NCBI GenBank assembly: GCA_964200075.2
Contig: CAXNAA020000028.1
Location: 1-34,003, forward strand
Direction: 5' to 3'
Source of the DNA: Sphacelaria rigidula
Taxonomy: Eukaryota
Length of the DNA stretch: 34,003 nucleotides
Shown: piece by piece, positions 25,101 through 33,745 of the stretch
How positions within the stretch are numbered: the stretch's first letter is position 1
Layout of the letters: each line of letters opens with the position of its first letter
Translations under genes and position numbers: made by a program
The notes under the pieces: generated by a model
Told to the model about the DNA's origin: nothing
The model's database searches: none
Seen by the model: the letters and a program-made list of their open reading frames with translations, nothing else

Positions 25101-28100
25101 TGTAGGACGTGCCCTCTATCTGATTGGAATCCGACTTGTGTGAACATTAGAAACAGCACCGTTAGGTTATCTATGAGCGTAATCAAAATGGCCCATGAAA
25201 TGCAACTGTCAAACATCTGACGTTACAGACTACTAGATTTACCAAATATTTAGTGTGCGTTCCCCGCTCCCGTCGGCGGTACACCCTTGAACTAATTGTG
25301 CAGGCAATGGCCGCCCTCCTCGTAGAGGTAACGAAGACGGCGGCAAAGCACGGGGCGATGTCGGCATGGTTATCGAGTACCACCAGGACCCGAACTGGGG
25401 ATGAGGGCGAAAGTAGTGGGAATGGCGGCGGCAACTCGTCATCTGAGAAGCGTCGACAGAGAGTGAAGCTATTAAAGGCGCAGGAGGTGCGTTTTTTCTG
25501 AAAAACAGCGACCGGTCGCTCCGGTGGCTCAGTTCGTAACCTCGCAACTCTTGACGGTTGCATCGTGGGTTCGAATCTCGGTGCAGTCACACGATCTGGG
25601 TTTTTTTCTCACACCACATACCCAACAGCGGAGAGCGACTATGTGGTGGCTACACAAAAATTCGACTTCGCGGTCGACGAGAGAAAGAGGTCGCTGAACC
25701 CCTCTCACGATTAAAAAATAAGGCGAGCACCGCAGGAGGGGGGTACTGGAACAAAATAAAAAATGAGAGACTCCTGTGTTGGCCTTCCTCATGTGTGACG
25801 CCGGCTGATTCGCCCACGTGTACCGAAAGGTGTAGACTGGCGTCCAGTATAGATGGGATGACAACACAACATGCACACCATTGCCGAGGGCGGTGAGAGA
25901 TCGCCTGTCGACTGGAAGTAGAGAAATGAGGCAATGAGCAAAGCGTTGACGTTTGCCGGCGGGCGCCGATGGATGTCGCCGCAAGTGATTATGTGTGCTC
26001 TGTTCGCATGACTCACGGACATTGCCGTTGGAGCGCTACTATCATGCTCTGAGCCCATGCCATATGCTCGTCTGGGGTGCGAGCTTCGTCTATTATTATG
26101 TCCATGATTATTCTGTCAACCATTGATGCACACCCACACCCCTCACCTCCGATCACCTGGCTTTTTCAGGTAGTACTGCGGGAAGTAATTGACGCTTTAG
26201 GTGGCTGGAAGGCAGCGGTTTACTTCGAAGAAGGCGGGGTAAACCTTGATGTGGAAATCGGTGCTTGGCCCGTGGAAGATCAGGTATCGCGAGGTTGAAC
26301 AACCTTCCAATATTGTTCTACGCCTTCGCGGCAATGGTGACGACGACCACCTGCTTCCACTGCCATCCTAACTGCCATACCAGGCTCCATGTTCCACCTG
26401 TACAGATACGCTCGTTGAAGGCTTGCTGCGTCGCTTATTTCCACCACAGTTTTGGGATGATGGGCGCCGTACACAACACCGTCTTGGGTCAGATTGAGGT
26501 GCCAACGTAGCCACGTGTGACAGTTGCGGTGAAGGTGATGAACAAACAAAACATTTCTACTTTACCGTTCCCTACAACACACCTCGCCACCTGAACTGGT
26601 ATAGGTATCGATGCTTTGCGCCCTAAACGATTTCTTGCGTAAAGAGCTGGACCAGAAAGGAAAGAGGCACCGCAACGTATTAGACGACATGCTTGCTCGC
26701 CTTCGAGCCGCTCAAGCGGAGGCAGAAGAAGCTCGCTCTCGTCCCCAACCCGACGTGAGGCAAGAGCCTTCATCACCAGAGGAGGTGGGAGAACTATCTG
26801 AGTGTACGTAGGAGGAAAGGTGACTGCAAATCGAGTGTCATGCGAGAGAGAAGCAAAGGTTTTCATGGGAAGTACGATAGCGGGTGATCTCACAGACATG
26901 GATTGCGAGATGAGTGTGTTGGTCACTATTGGTATCTTGTCATGAGGAAGGAAGATAGAGAGGCGTTATTTGTTCCTTCAGACAGTTTTGGGGCAGGTTG
27001 GCTCACAGATCACTCGATCCAGTCATGGGAATGCTTCCAAAGTTCTGGGAAACGTTGATGTACAGGCTGCGTTCTAGGGAAGATTAGTGTGCAGGCTGAC
27101 ATGCCCTGGCCCCGAGGAGGCAAACGCCTTCTCGGGCCGAATTCAGATAGGTTGCGTCGCATGTGCCCATGCATCCTCGCTCACGAGCTATCCTTCGAGC
27201 CGGACCATCTGCTCCTACTGTTTACCACTGGTGAGAACAGTGTGCTGGGCGATCACGGGGATAATCAGTGAGAGTTAAAAAGATGTCAAGCCTTTGAGCT
27301 CCTCTTGTTTGTTGCTACTGTGACCGACACTCACGCGAACCTGCACGTGTGTATTTGCAGCTTGCTTTACTCGGACACCTGGTGCGTTTGTGCACCTTCT
27401 CAAGCCTGCAGCACACTGATCATAGCTAGGAAGGCGTTGGACCTTGTGTCTACCTCCATCTATATCACAATCTCTGCATGACGCTGCGCGTCGGTACGTC
27501 AGTAAGTACTGCGCGTCTGTCACTTGCATGGTCAGCATGAGCGCAGCAACGGGCACTTCAGCTAGACGCAAGCCCGTATGTGGTAGTGACTACAAGTCTT
27601 ATGAGGGCGCAAACGATGCGGGGTTGGGTGTAATATGCGAGGGGGTTGAGTGTGCTCGGCAGCTGTGATTGGCATGTAGTGTGATACACAGTACAGCGGA
27701 TACAATTGCAGTCATCACGAATGTAAGAAGACACGTATCGCTGAGCTCGCTGTTGCATCTGAGTCCATCATACCGCGCCAACATACTCGAGATTCTCTGC
27801 GTTGCTGCCAAGTTGCGGCGATCGATGCCGTTTGTCGCTGAATACTTGGCCGACGAATCGAAAAAACGCTACGATCCGTTTCCGCTGGCTATTCTGCTGT
27901 TTTTGGAATGATTTGTGAGCATCCCGTATATATACGTTACGATGACATACACTCCGTGCCGTTCCATGCCTTGCGGGTTTCACCGCAATCCTTCATTCGT
28001 ACAATTTCTCAACACGGCGATAACAGTAAGCATTATTTTCCACCCCCTCCGTCCGCCCGTGCACGCTACCTTTGTAGTCTCCTGAAGAAACGCCAGAAGA

Positions 28101-31100
28101 AGAGCAACCGCAGAATATTGCACAAGAGATTTTACCTCATCAGCAGATGATCGATCACCACGGAACGGATTTGACACTGACCGATCCCTCTGATGCGCCT
28201 GACCGAGGCGAGGAGAAATTCAGCGGAGATAATGACGGAAAGGGGGATGTGGCTGAGGGAGCAACGATAGCTCGGCAAGAAAGTGAGGAACCCGCGACTG
28301 TAGAAGCAACAGAAACGGATGCAGTAGAACATGATTGTGATATTACTGAAGAGCCGGCAGAAGATGAAGCGGGAGAGAAGGAAGAGGAAAGGTGCAATAC
28401 GAGGGAAGATGAGAAGGTGTTGGCGCCAGATCCGATGACTCCAGCACCACCACAGCCGCAGGAAGTGTCGCCAGATCGTAGTGAGGAGGCAGCGATACCT
28501 CAGCAACCGCTGGGTAATGATCATCACGCGCCTGGTACGAAGGAATAGCTCAGAAGTGCCGCATAAAGGGTTCGGGGTTCGGGAAGTTGATGTATCTACG
28601 AGGAGGAGATGCGTAAAGCCCGATAGCTCGTCAAGTAGTTACGAAGCTGATAGAAATAGTCATTGGTGCTCGAGCGGTTTACACAAGCCACAAAACTGAT
28701 CGGACCAAGGCGCCCCCCGCATCACGTTCCTTGCATACATTCACAGCGGATGACACCAAGGACGCTGAGATTAAGAAGCTGCGGGCGGAGCTTAATACGG
28801 CGCTGATAGCACTAAATACAGCACGAGAAGACTTGAGGGTGGAAAAGGACAGGTGCTATTTTCATGGCAATCATCGCATGGTTACTTTCGACGATAGTAC
28901 CCCACATGCTGTACCACAGATGAACATCGCTCGTCGCTCTCGACCCTTTATCTACTCGGGTGGAAACTCAAACCTTGCTACCACGCTTGCGTCTGTCTCT
29001 ACCCTTCTGCGACCGTGCTTCTTTTCCACGAAAGATCCAGACAAGGTCAGGCGCGCCCTAGAAAGCATGTCGACATCATAAAACAGGCTGAAGACGCTGA
29101 ACGTCGGGCCAAGCAAAGGGAAGAAGCACGCTTCAATGCGGGTTACCCCTTGGCAGCGTTGGCAGCGGAAAGGCGCGCGGTCGCCGATCTGCGAGAAGCC
29201 TTGACGAAGGCGGTGTGCGCCGTGCTGGAAGCATGTCGTCCTCCTGCGGAAACTTCAGTCGGAGGCTCGACAGCGACTCACGGAGGTGAAAAGTATATGC
29301 ACAATGATGGTAGTGCTTTGTCGCTATATGGCCTGCCCGGATCGTCGCCACAGCCTCCAACAACTGCCGTGAATGATGCCCGAGGACCTCCCGGTATGCT
29401 GGTACAAATGGTCTGTAGCGGGGATGACGCGACCGTCCACTGCGCAACAACGGAATACAGACTGCAAAAAGGTATCGCACAGGCAGGTGTACAAGGTTGT
29501 TACAACCATGATGAAGTAAGCAGCGGACATGGTTTTGATCCCGTCGACCGTGGTGGGAGCGTTATGTCTACCACCGCAGAAGCTACAGCCGGCGGCGGCG
29601 CTAGTAGGGCTGCGCAACTACGCGGTCCCCAGTCTACCATTGGACAAGGTAGTGAAGGGGTCGACAAGGAATCACGCCAGCCCCAGAGAGATTTATCACG
29701 TGTGCCGGTGACATCGAAGTTTAAGCCCCCGACGAACATACAGGAGGCCCTCGCGGCAGCTCATCATGCCGCATCCGCTGTTCAATCTTTTACGGATAGC
29801 ATTTGCTCGATCGACGTTGGTGGGAGCGGAGATGAAAGTGGCTTCGAGGCCCACGGCGCTCAATCGGCGAATTTTTACTCTCGGGAGGCGACAGGCATCA
29901 TCGAGGATGGGCGGGGGAGCATGTTGGAATTGTCGGAGGAAAATCCACGGGTCGATACAACCGCCACCATACAGATCATCGACGCACTGCAAGCGGACGC
30001 ATCTTGGGCACGGTCTTTGTCGACGTTCGTGCGGGGCAAACTGGAGGCGGAGGTGACTGGAGTCGGTCAGCAGATGTTACTGAAGTGAGGTTCCCTGCAG
30101 TTGTTCGTTTGTGCCCTTGTGCGGCGTTCAACATGACAGTTGTTGTGTCAGGTCCTTGGTACCCCAAGTGGGGGCTCATGGGGTACTTCCTTCGTGGAAG
30201 CAAACGCTCGGACGTGGTGCCGTATAGTTCGCCGGGGGTAATACGAGAGTTTGTTACCCACACCTGATGAATGCGCGATGAACTTTGGCGTTCACTGCGT
30301 TCAAAACATGAACATGGCAGACGACACGTATCACGTCACTTTCCGTACATTCTCAACCGAATTCCCCTTATGGTCTTGTCGGCGAATCAGTCAACCGTAA
30401 ATTACGTCGGCCTTTTCGATTTCCCGATATTGCCCCACGCCGCGCTTGCTACATCGTCTTCGTACCACTTCGACGTATACTTGGCCGAAAGAGAGCGGGA
30501 AATCGAGATCTTGACAGAGGCTCAGCGTGAGCTCAAGAACAACCTTCGAGGTCTGAAAGCGGATTACGTGAGTGCAGATGCAGCGGACGTCATTCGTTCT
30601 TTACGAACGACCCTGCGAGGAGTGAATCGTCAGGTCAGGAAATGTGATATCGGATAACGAAGGACAGGGCAATTAGTTACGACTCTCTTTTTCGAGGAGA
30701 TATGTGTTGGGGGAGGGAATGCAGGGTTGTATACAGCGAGGAGTCGGTATCACCTCAGTCGGCTACACAGCCTTCTTGTAGTTCGTAATTTGACGCAACG
30801 GGAAACCCAGTGGAAGTTCGCTTCGAGCAAGGATCGCATGCTTATCCTAAAGTTATATTATGTCCGAATGATTGTCACCGAACACTCTATTGCTACACAG
30901 GTTCGTTTCCTCGAGAAGCAGCTTTGTCTAGCACAGGAGGCTTCGGACGTAGAAGGGGGAGCAATCGAAGTTCTCGAGGGTCTTCTACGAAAGAGAGACG
31001 CCGACAGAGAACTGTGCCGTGCTCTGGATCTGAAGAGTCTGGAAATCGGCATGAAGATTAAACTGCTGGAGACTGACACTGGCGGAAACACTGTAGAGGT

Positions 31101-32480
31101 AGAACTAGATGGCGTACATGCTGTTCTTCCCTCTGGCAATAAGTTTCCCCGCTGTCTTGACAGTTTCGATTCACATGAAAGGTGGTGCATGTTCCGAGTA
31201 GACTCATCTGGAGCATAGGATATGCCATGTTTTGCGCACCATACAGGTGTGTTGATCACCGACCAGCGTATTCTGATGAAGGGTCCGGTTCTTTCGCTTG
31301 GGTTCGTCCCCACTACCCAAGGTAAGCCGGAGAGACAAGAGAGAGCAACAGGCCTTAAAACACCTGAAAGCTCGCCTGATCAAGCGAAGGGAGGCCCTGG
31401 CCATCCGAAAGGCAGTGGTGAGTTTTGATCGCTTGAGGCACTTGATGTCCTGCCCCCGTGCGAAGACTTTGGTTATGATCCAGGATTATATTCCCGTGGA
31501 GCACTATTCGATTCCGATGCACAGCCCAGGAAAGCGCAGAAAAAGCTCGCTATTGAATCTCATAATGGTCGACAAATTCCGAGATCATGTATCCCTCTGA
31601 TCCGATGGTAATGTCCCTGCATACTGCTTTGGTTTAGGTTTCGGCAGAGTTGGAACGATCCCTTGTTCATGGCATGCGGGCTTTCGAGCGCGTAAATCGC
31701 ACCATCCAACGTCTTTGCAACGGCTATACCTCCTTACCGGGTTTGCTTGAGTGGAGTCGCACGGCCGCTGCTCGCATGGAGGGAGGAGCGAGATATGTGG
31801 AATGCGACGGGGTCGACACGAGCGACCATCCACCCTCAGATAGCGAAAATAGCGAAGGCGAGCATTTGAAAGGACTTGGAAGACGGGCCACAGGGACCAC
31901 TAGCCGACCGCAGAAGTCCTCGATTCAGCAATCACCGCAACGTGATGGTAGTGAAAACAAATCAACAGAGATGACGTTCGAACGTAAACCGTTTTCGGAC
32001 CCTCGTAGACACGTTTCATACTCTCCAACAAATCGAGGCAGCGACGCACGCACCTCCACCATTGCTGCTTCTTCTGGCTCCAGCCGCGCGCCCACCGCGA
32101 CGCAGTTTTGGTACCCTTCCTCCGACAGCCGGTTCGACCTCCCCAAGATGTTGTCGAACGGGGGAAAGGGAGAGAGCTGCGATGCGAAATGCTTGCGAAG
32201 ACGATTAAAAACAGCAGGGCATTGTACGGAGCGTGGCAATAATCACCGCGGGAAGGGTGGTGGTAGTGGTGGTGTCCTGTGCGACGGGGAGTACGAATCG
32301 TCGGCTATGAGATCGTGTTGGAGTGGCATCACCAAGACAGCTTCTAAAATTAGTAACAAACAGAGTGACTTCTCGAGCTTGGGCGACGGCGATCAAACCA
32401 TCAGTAATAACAGTAGCGTATCGAGCTTGCTGCGGGAAGAAATGGCTTTCCGACGCCAGAACGGTGGCTTCCACAGGTGA
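8044..32480 (+). CDS. Giant (~3,100 aa) coiled-coil / intrinsically disordered protein of unknown function; 34-exon gene model
   Basis: Manual splice reconstruction with every junction phase-compatible: 8044-8225, 8718-8878, 10751-11106, 11359-11459, 11849-11951, 12955-13070, 13292-13366, 13616-13734, 13882-13979, 15133-15279, 15743-15853, 16321-16524, 17023-17280, 17800-17926, 18328-18461, 18961-19059, 19279-19527, 19826-20698, 20983-21729, 22027-22128, 22466-22600, 22932-23628, 23913-24616, 24820-25011, 25304-25486, 26170-26283, 26605-26784, 28147-28534, 28747-28852, 29041-30084, 30492-30633, 30901-31098, 31322-31417, 31638-32480. Total 9,384 nt. Heptad-like E/K/R/L-rich segments alternate with S/T/G/D/E-rich segments. 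Confidence 0.75.
8718..8878 (+). CDS. Coiled-coil gene exon 2
   Basis: tgcag|G SRVRAIDERWEEV...RKRREK G|GTACT. Confidence 0.75.
10108..10151. repeat. (TGCCT)n microsatellite within a pyrimidine-rich, repeat-derived tract of intron 2
   Basis: Direct read: tgccttgccttgccgtgccttgccttgccttgcctggccttgcc. Confidence 0.9.
10370..10460 (+). mobile_element. Retroelement 3' tail ending in (CAAT/CAGT)n, preceded by a long pyrimidine-rich 3'UTR-like tract (~9890-10370)
   Basis: ACCACGG...CAGTTAATCTGCGACA...CAATCAGTCAGTCAGTCAAT; similar to 4142-4208. Confidence 0.5.
10751..11106 (+). CDS. Coiled-coil gene exon 3
   Basis: acag|AT ...DERLAFALAESQENLAEASQKFEESQ...TDCQ|GTGAA; the acceptor is slightly uncertain. 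Confidence 0.8.
11359..11459 (+). CDS. Coiled-coil gene exon 4
   Basis: acag|DAAMMLEQSTKVFTKRLGEIFSQAGELYDSDAN AG|GTAAG. Confidence 0.8.
11849..11951 (+). CDS. Coiled-coil gene exon 5
   Basis: gcag|T AQKRELALSSAFREKISGLEQDATKVERLLKSLQ|GTGGG. Confidence 0.8.
12955..13070 (+). CDS. Coiled-coil gene exon 6
   Basis: ccag|EERTHLQFRLSSTEQRASALDERNRTDRAQLQTGLEDY CG|GTACG. Confidence 0.85.
13292..13366 (+). CDS. Coiled-coil gene exon 7
   Basis: ccag|G HRVMQLQHVVAGYEEKARRLEQIE AG|GTAAT. Confidence 0.85.
13616..13734 (+). CDS. Coiled-coil gene exon 8
   Basis: gcag|G EPRLGPV...QLRKLQADVEKLTAENT G|GTAAG. Confidence 0.85.
13882..13979 (+). CDS. Coiled-coil gene exon 9
   Basis: caag|AT LVKVNKNLNLELVVLRLNEQ...KPKP|GTGAGT. 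Confidence 0.8.
15133..15279 (+). CDS. Coiled-coil gene exon 10
   Basis: acag|AVPQTSD...VEEELNNTQQELSRAEAALRETK|GTTTG. Confidence 0.8.
15743..15853 (+). CDS. Coiled-coil gene exon 11
   Basis: acag|HEKKSLSERVKTLTGELEKEKKR...VFEE|GTAAG. Confidence 0.85.
16093..16148. repeat. (AAC)n microsatellite, possibly a retroelement tail
   Basis: ~18 AAC units in intron 11, preceded by TACCGCGCAG...TTAATGTAAAGAT, which loosely resembles the tails at 4142 and 10370. Confidence 0.9.
16321..16524 (+). CDS. Coiled-coil gene exon 12
   Basis: gcag|SLRDALRDLRR...LRAELDNAHEELE|GTAAA. Confidence 0.85.
17023..17280 (+). CDS. Coiled-coil gene exon 13
   Basis: aag|MLRSPLPEE...EMSELRRKAEGAGV|GTGAG; an alternative in-frame acceptor would start the exon at 17008. 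Confidence 0.75.
17800..17926 (+). CDS. Coiled-coil gene exon 14
   Basis: ccag|AQWHFQKAEKMYSDVV...KSEDK G|GTAAG. Confidence 0.8.
18328..18461 (+). CDS. Coiled-coil gene exon 15
   Basis: tcag|AA VDEDAAASIQQALALALERAIASANLLLRETLLGRVRACEAEKQ|GCGAG (GC donor); an alternative GT donor follows 18434. Confidence 0.75.
18961..19059 (+). CDS. Coiled-coil gene exon 16
   Basis: atag|LLTEQATAEAEASKAATLDRENRSLVEQLHEKQ|GTGAG. Confidence 0.85.
19279..19527 (+). CDS. Coiled-coil gene exon 17
   Basis: atag|AHITAAMTELASLRQR...EAEMWRRRYEHLAGLLADTTK|GTAAT. Confidence 0.85.
19826..20698 (+). CDS. Coiled-coil gene exon 18 (disordered, contains the 41-aa repeat)
   Basis: acag|ESRRTTPARV... long open frame. The 3' end is uncertain; the best phase-0 donor is GAG|GCAGGT. 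Confidence 0.75.
20117..20563 (+). repeat. Coding 123-bp (41-aa) tandem repeat, ~3.6 copies
   Basis: Units start at 20117, 20240, 20363 and 20486; consensus ATSADGGRSTTRVSTRRDSCDSAMQTEIGLQQNExxDNTPR. Confidence 0.95.
20983..21729 (+). CDS. Coiled-coil gene exon 19 (acidic, disordered)
   Basis: ccag|VTPPPSGAHAE...HANEETN|GTGAG. Confidence 0.85.
22027..22128 (+). CDS. Coiled-coil gene exon 20
   Basis: taag|ETNGDSTGANCSECPLLRRELDARLVQLESLKGQ|GTGGG. Confidence 0.8.
22466..22600 (+). CDS. Coiled-coil gene exon 21
   Basis: acag|LAAVESDLEDSEHRVYSLSSDNASLKRKLAKHSNMLRRAQSFADE|GCAAGT (GC donor). Confidence 0.85.
22932..23628 (+). CDS. Coiled-coil gene exon 22 (RRGS-rich disordered)
   Basis: tcag|VIHSPSTDEPIAKCARTLKEVF...DPEEK G|GTGGG; phase 1 matches exon 23. 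Confidence 0.8.
23913..24616 (+). CDS. Coiled-coil gene exon 23
   Basis: acag|GT REPRKSAPP...RKSLIAYAE|GTGTG. Confidence 0.8.
24820..25011 (+). CDS. Coiled-coil gene exon 24
   Basis: tcag|AAARCKLAIEALEDAS...DLKAGMMEWGVE|GTGAA. Confidence 0.8.
25304..25486 (+). CDS. Coiled-coil gene exon 25
   Basis: gcag|AMAALLVEVTKTAAKH...RVKLLKAQE|GTGCG. Confidence 0.85.
25512..25871 (+). mobile_element. tRNA-derived SINE-like element inside intron 25
   Basis: Pol III A box TGGCTCAGTTCG (25525) and B box GGTTCGAATCT (25568-25578) at tRNA spacing. I see no intact cloverleaf. ~290-bp body with an (ACA/ACAAC) tail. Confidence 0.7.
26170..26283 (+). CDS. Coiled-coil gene exon 26
   Basis: ttttcag|VVLREVIDALGGWKAAVYF...WPVEDQ|GTATC. 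Confidence 0.85.
26605..26784 (+). CDS. Coiled-coil gene exon 27
   Basis: atag|VSMLCALNDFLRKELDQK...PSSPEE|GTGGG. Confidence 0.8.
28147..28534 (+). CDS. Coiled-coil gene exon 28 (acidic, disordered)
   Basis: cagcag|MIDHHGTD...DHHAP G|GTACG (NAGNAG acceptor). Confidence 0.8.
28747..28852 (+). CDS. Coiled-coil gene exon 29
   Basis: acag|CG DDTKDAEIKKLRAELNTALIALNTAREDLRVEKD AG|GTGCT. Confidence 0.85.
29041..30084 (+). CDS. Coiled-coil gene exon 30
   Basis: ccag|A QGQARPRKHVDIIKQAEDAERRAKQRE...QQMLL AA|GTGAG; alternative start at 29035. Confidence 0.8.
30492..30633 (+). CDS. Coiled-coil gene exon 31
   Basis: aaag|A EREIEILTEAQRELKNNLRGLK...LRGVNRQ|GTCAG. Confidence 0.8.
30901..31098 (+). CDS. 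Coiled-coil gene exon 32
   Basis: acag|VRFLEKQLCLAQE...GGNTVE|GTAGA. Confidence 0.8.
31322..31417 (+). CDS. Coiled-coil gene exon 33
   Basis: caag|VSRRDKREQQALKHLKARLIKRREALAIRKAV|GTGAGT. Confidence 0.8.
31638..32480 (+). CDS. Coiled-coil gene exon 34 (terminal, or penultimate if spliced after 32476)
   Basis: ttag|VSAELERSLVHGMRAFERVNRTIQRL...QNGGFHR*. The stop overlaps a CAG|GTGAG donor that could join 32699-32747. Confidence 0.8.
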   Translation, partial: VSAELERSLVHGMRAFERVNRTIQRLCNGYTSLPGLLEWSRTAAARMEGGARYVECDGVDTSDHPPSDSENSEGEHLKGLGRRATGTTSRPQKSSIQQSPQRDGSENKSTEMTFERKPFSDPRRHVSYSPTNRGSDARTSTIAASSGSSRAPTATQFWYPSSDSRFDLPKMLSNGGKGESCDAKCLRRRLKTAGHCTERGNNHRGKGGGSGGVLCDGEYESSAMRSCWSGITKTASKISNKQSDFSSLGDGDQTISNNSSVSSLLREEMAFRRQNGGFHR

Positions 32481-33654
32481 GAAACCCGATATGGCATTAG
32501 ATGTTTTACTGCCACACGTGTGCTCTTGGGACAGCCTCAGCATGTTCAGTGTACACGTTGATGATGCTCGAAATTGCGTCCTTGTGCCATTGGATAGTGG
32601 AAATTTTGCCTCAAGGGTTGAATAAAATGATCCAATGCGTTCCTCCCTGATCAAGCCTCAGCGTGCTTGGGGAAAATGTGTCAATTTTGTCTGGTCAGAT
32701 GCAGGACGACTGAGGCGACAGGTGGATCATTGTTCATACTGGCGTGACAATTAATCCAGGTCACTAGAGGAAGGGAGAGGATCCGCTAACTCTCGAAGTG
32801 TTCCAGCTCTGGTGCCCCTCAACAACGTGGGGCTTCCGGTGCGCATGCGCCAACAACCTCGACGGACCCGGGAGCTGATGTAGACTAATGACACACGCTC
32901 CACGATGGGTGGAGGTTGCATCATCACCCTGCAACTGCGTATCTGGGGATTCTACGCCGGACCCCGAACCACTAAGGACAGTAGATGTACATGGGTGATC
33001 AGAGTGTATGGTACCGCCTACTGCGTACCACGTGTAGTCAATGTGGGGTCTTGGTTGAGGATAGCCGTTGCCGTCGTTATGGCCAGAGTTTCGGCTACAT
33101 GATAAGTACTCGCAGATTGTTCCATTATATTCATGCTTGACGCCTATGATGCCAAGTATATAAATGTTTATTTAAAAAAGGTGTTTCGTGTATCGAGAAA
33201 GTAGCTGTTCTGACCCCCAACTGTGGCGTAGTTTATCTCAGTTCATCCGAGGGGGATGCGAGCATAGCAGGTCATCTGTTGGATCGGCTTCAATTTCACT
33301 TGAAACAATTATTCATTATCAAGACGGATTCCGTTTGCGGCCGAGAGGTTTACCCTTGGAATACGAGCTGTGGTCGACTTGTGAACGACATCACTTTGAG
33401 TTTGAAAAAAGCGATAAAATTGTGCCGATTCAGTCAAAGCGTTCATTGGTTTCTCGGTGCATTGAACCTTGAAAACTCGAAAGCGTGGCCTGAGCGACCG
33501 CTGATGTGCTTTTTCGATATTTAGTACTCCATGTGTGAAGGTGCGGAGACGCGCGCGCGCGGGGGGGGAGGGGTAGACCACAAATGGATGAAATACGGCC
33601 AGCCTCGAACCTCCGACCTGCGCTATAGATCAGTGAGTTGCCTTATCCATGCAG

Positions 33655-33745
33655 TGTGACGGTTTAAGAGATAACCAACTAGACTACTGACCAGTCAGCG
33701 CTGACTTGGTCAGTTGTCTAGTTGGATATCTCTTAAACCGTCACA
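33655..33745. repeat. ~90-bp near-perfect palindrome with no spacer
   Basis: Left arm reverse complement GCTGACT-GGTCAGTAGTCTAGTTGGTTATCTCTTAAACCGTCACA versus right arm GCTGACTTGGTCAGTTGTCTAGTTGGATATCTCTTAAACCGTCACA: 2 substitutions and 1 indel, centre 33699/33700. Confidence 0.95.

Noticed and set aside
25514..25590. Functional tRNA gene (also considered at 33708-33780)
   Set aside because: A and B boxes are present but I could not fold a complete cloverleaf, so these are treated as SINE heads or pseudo-tRNAs.
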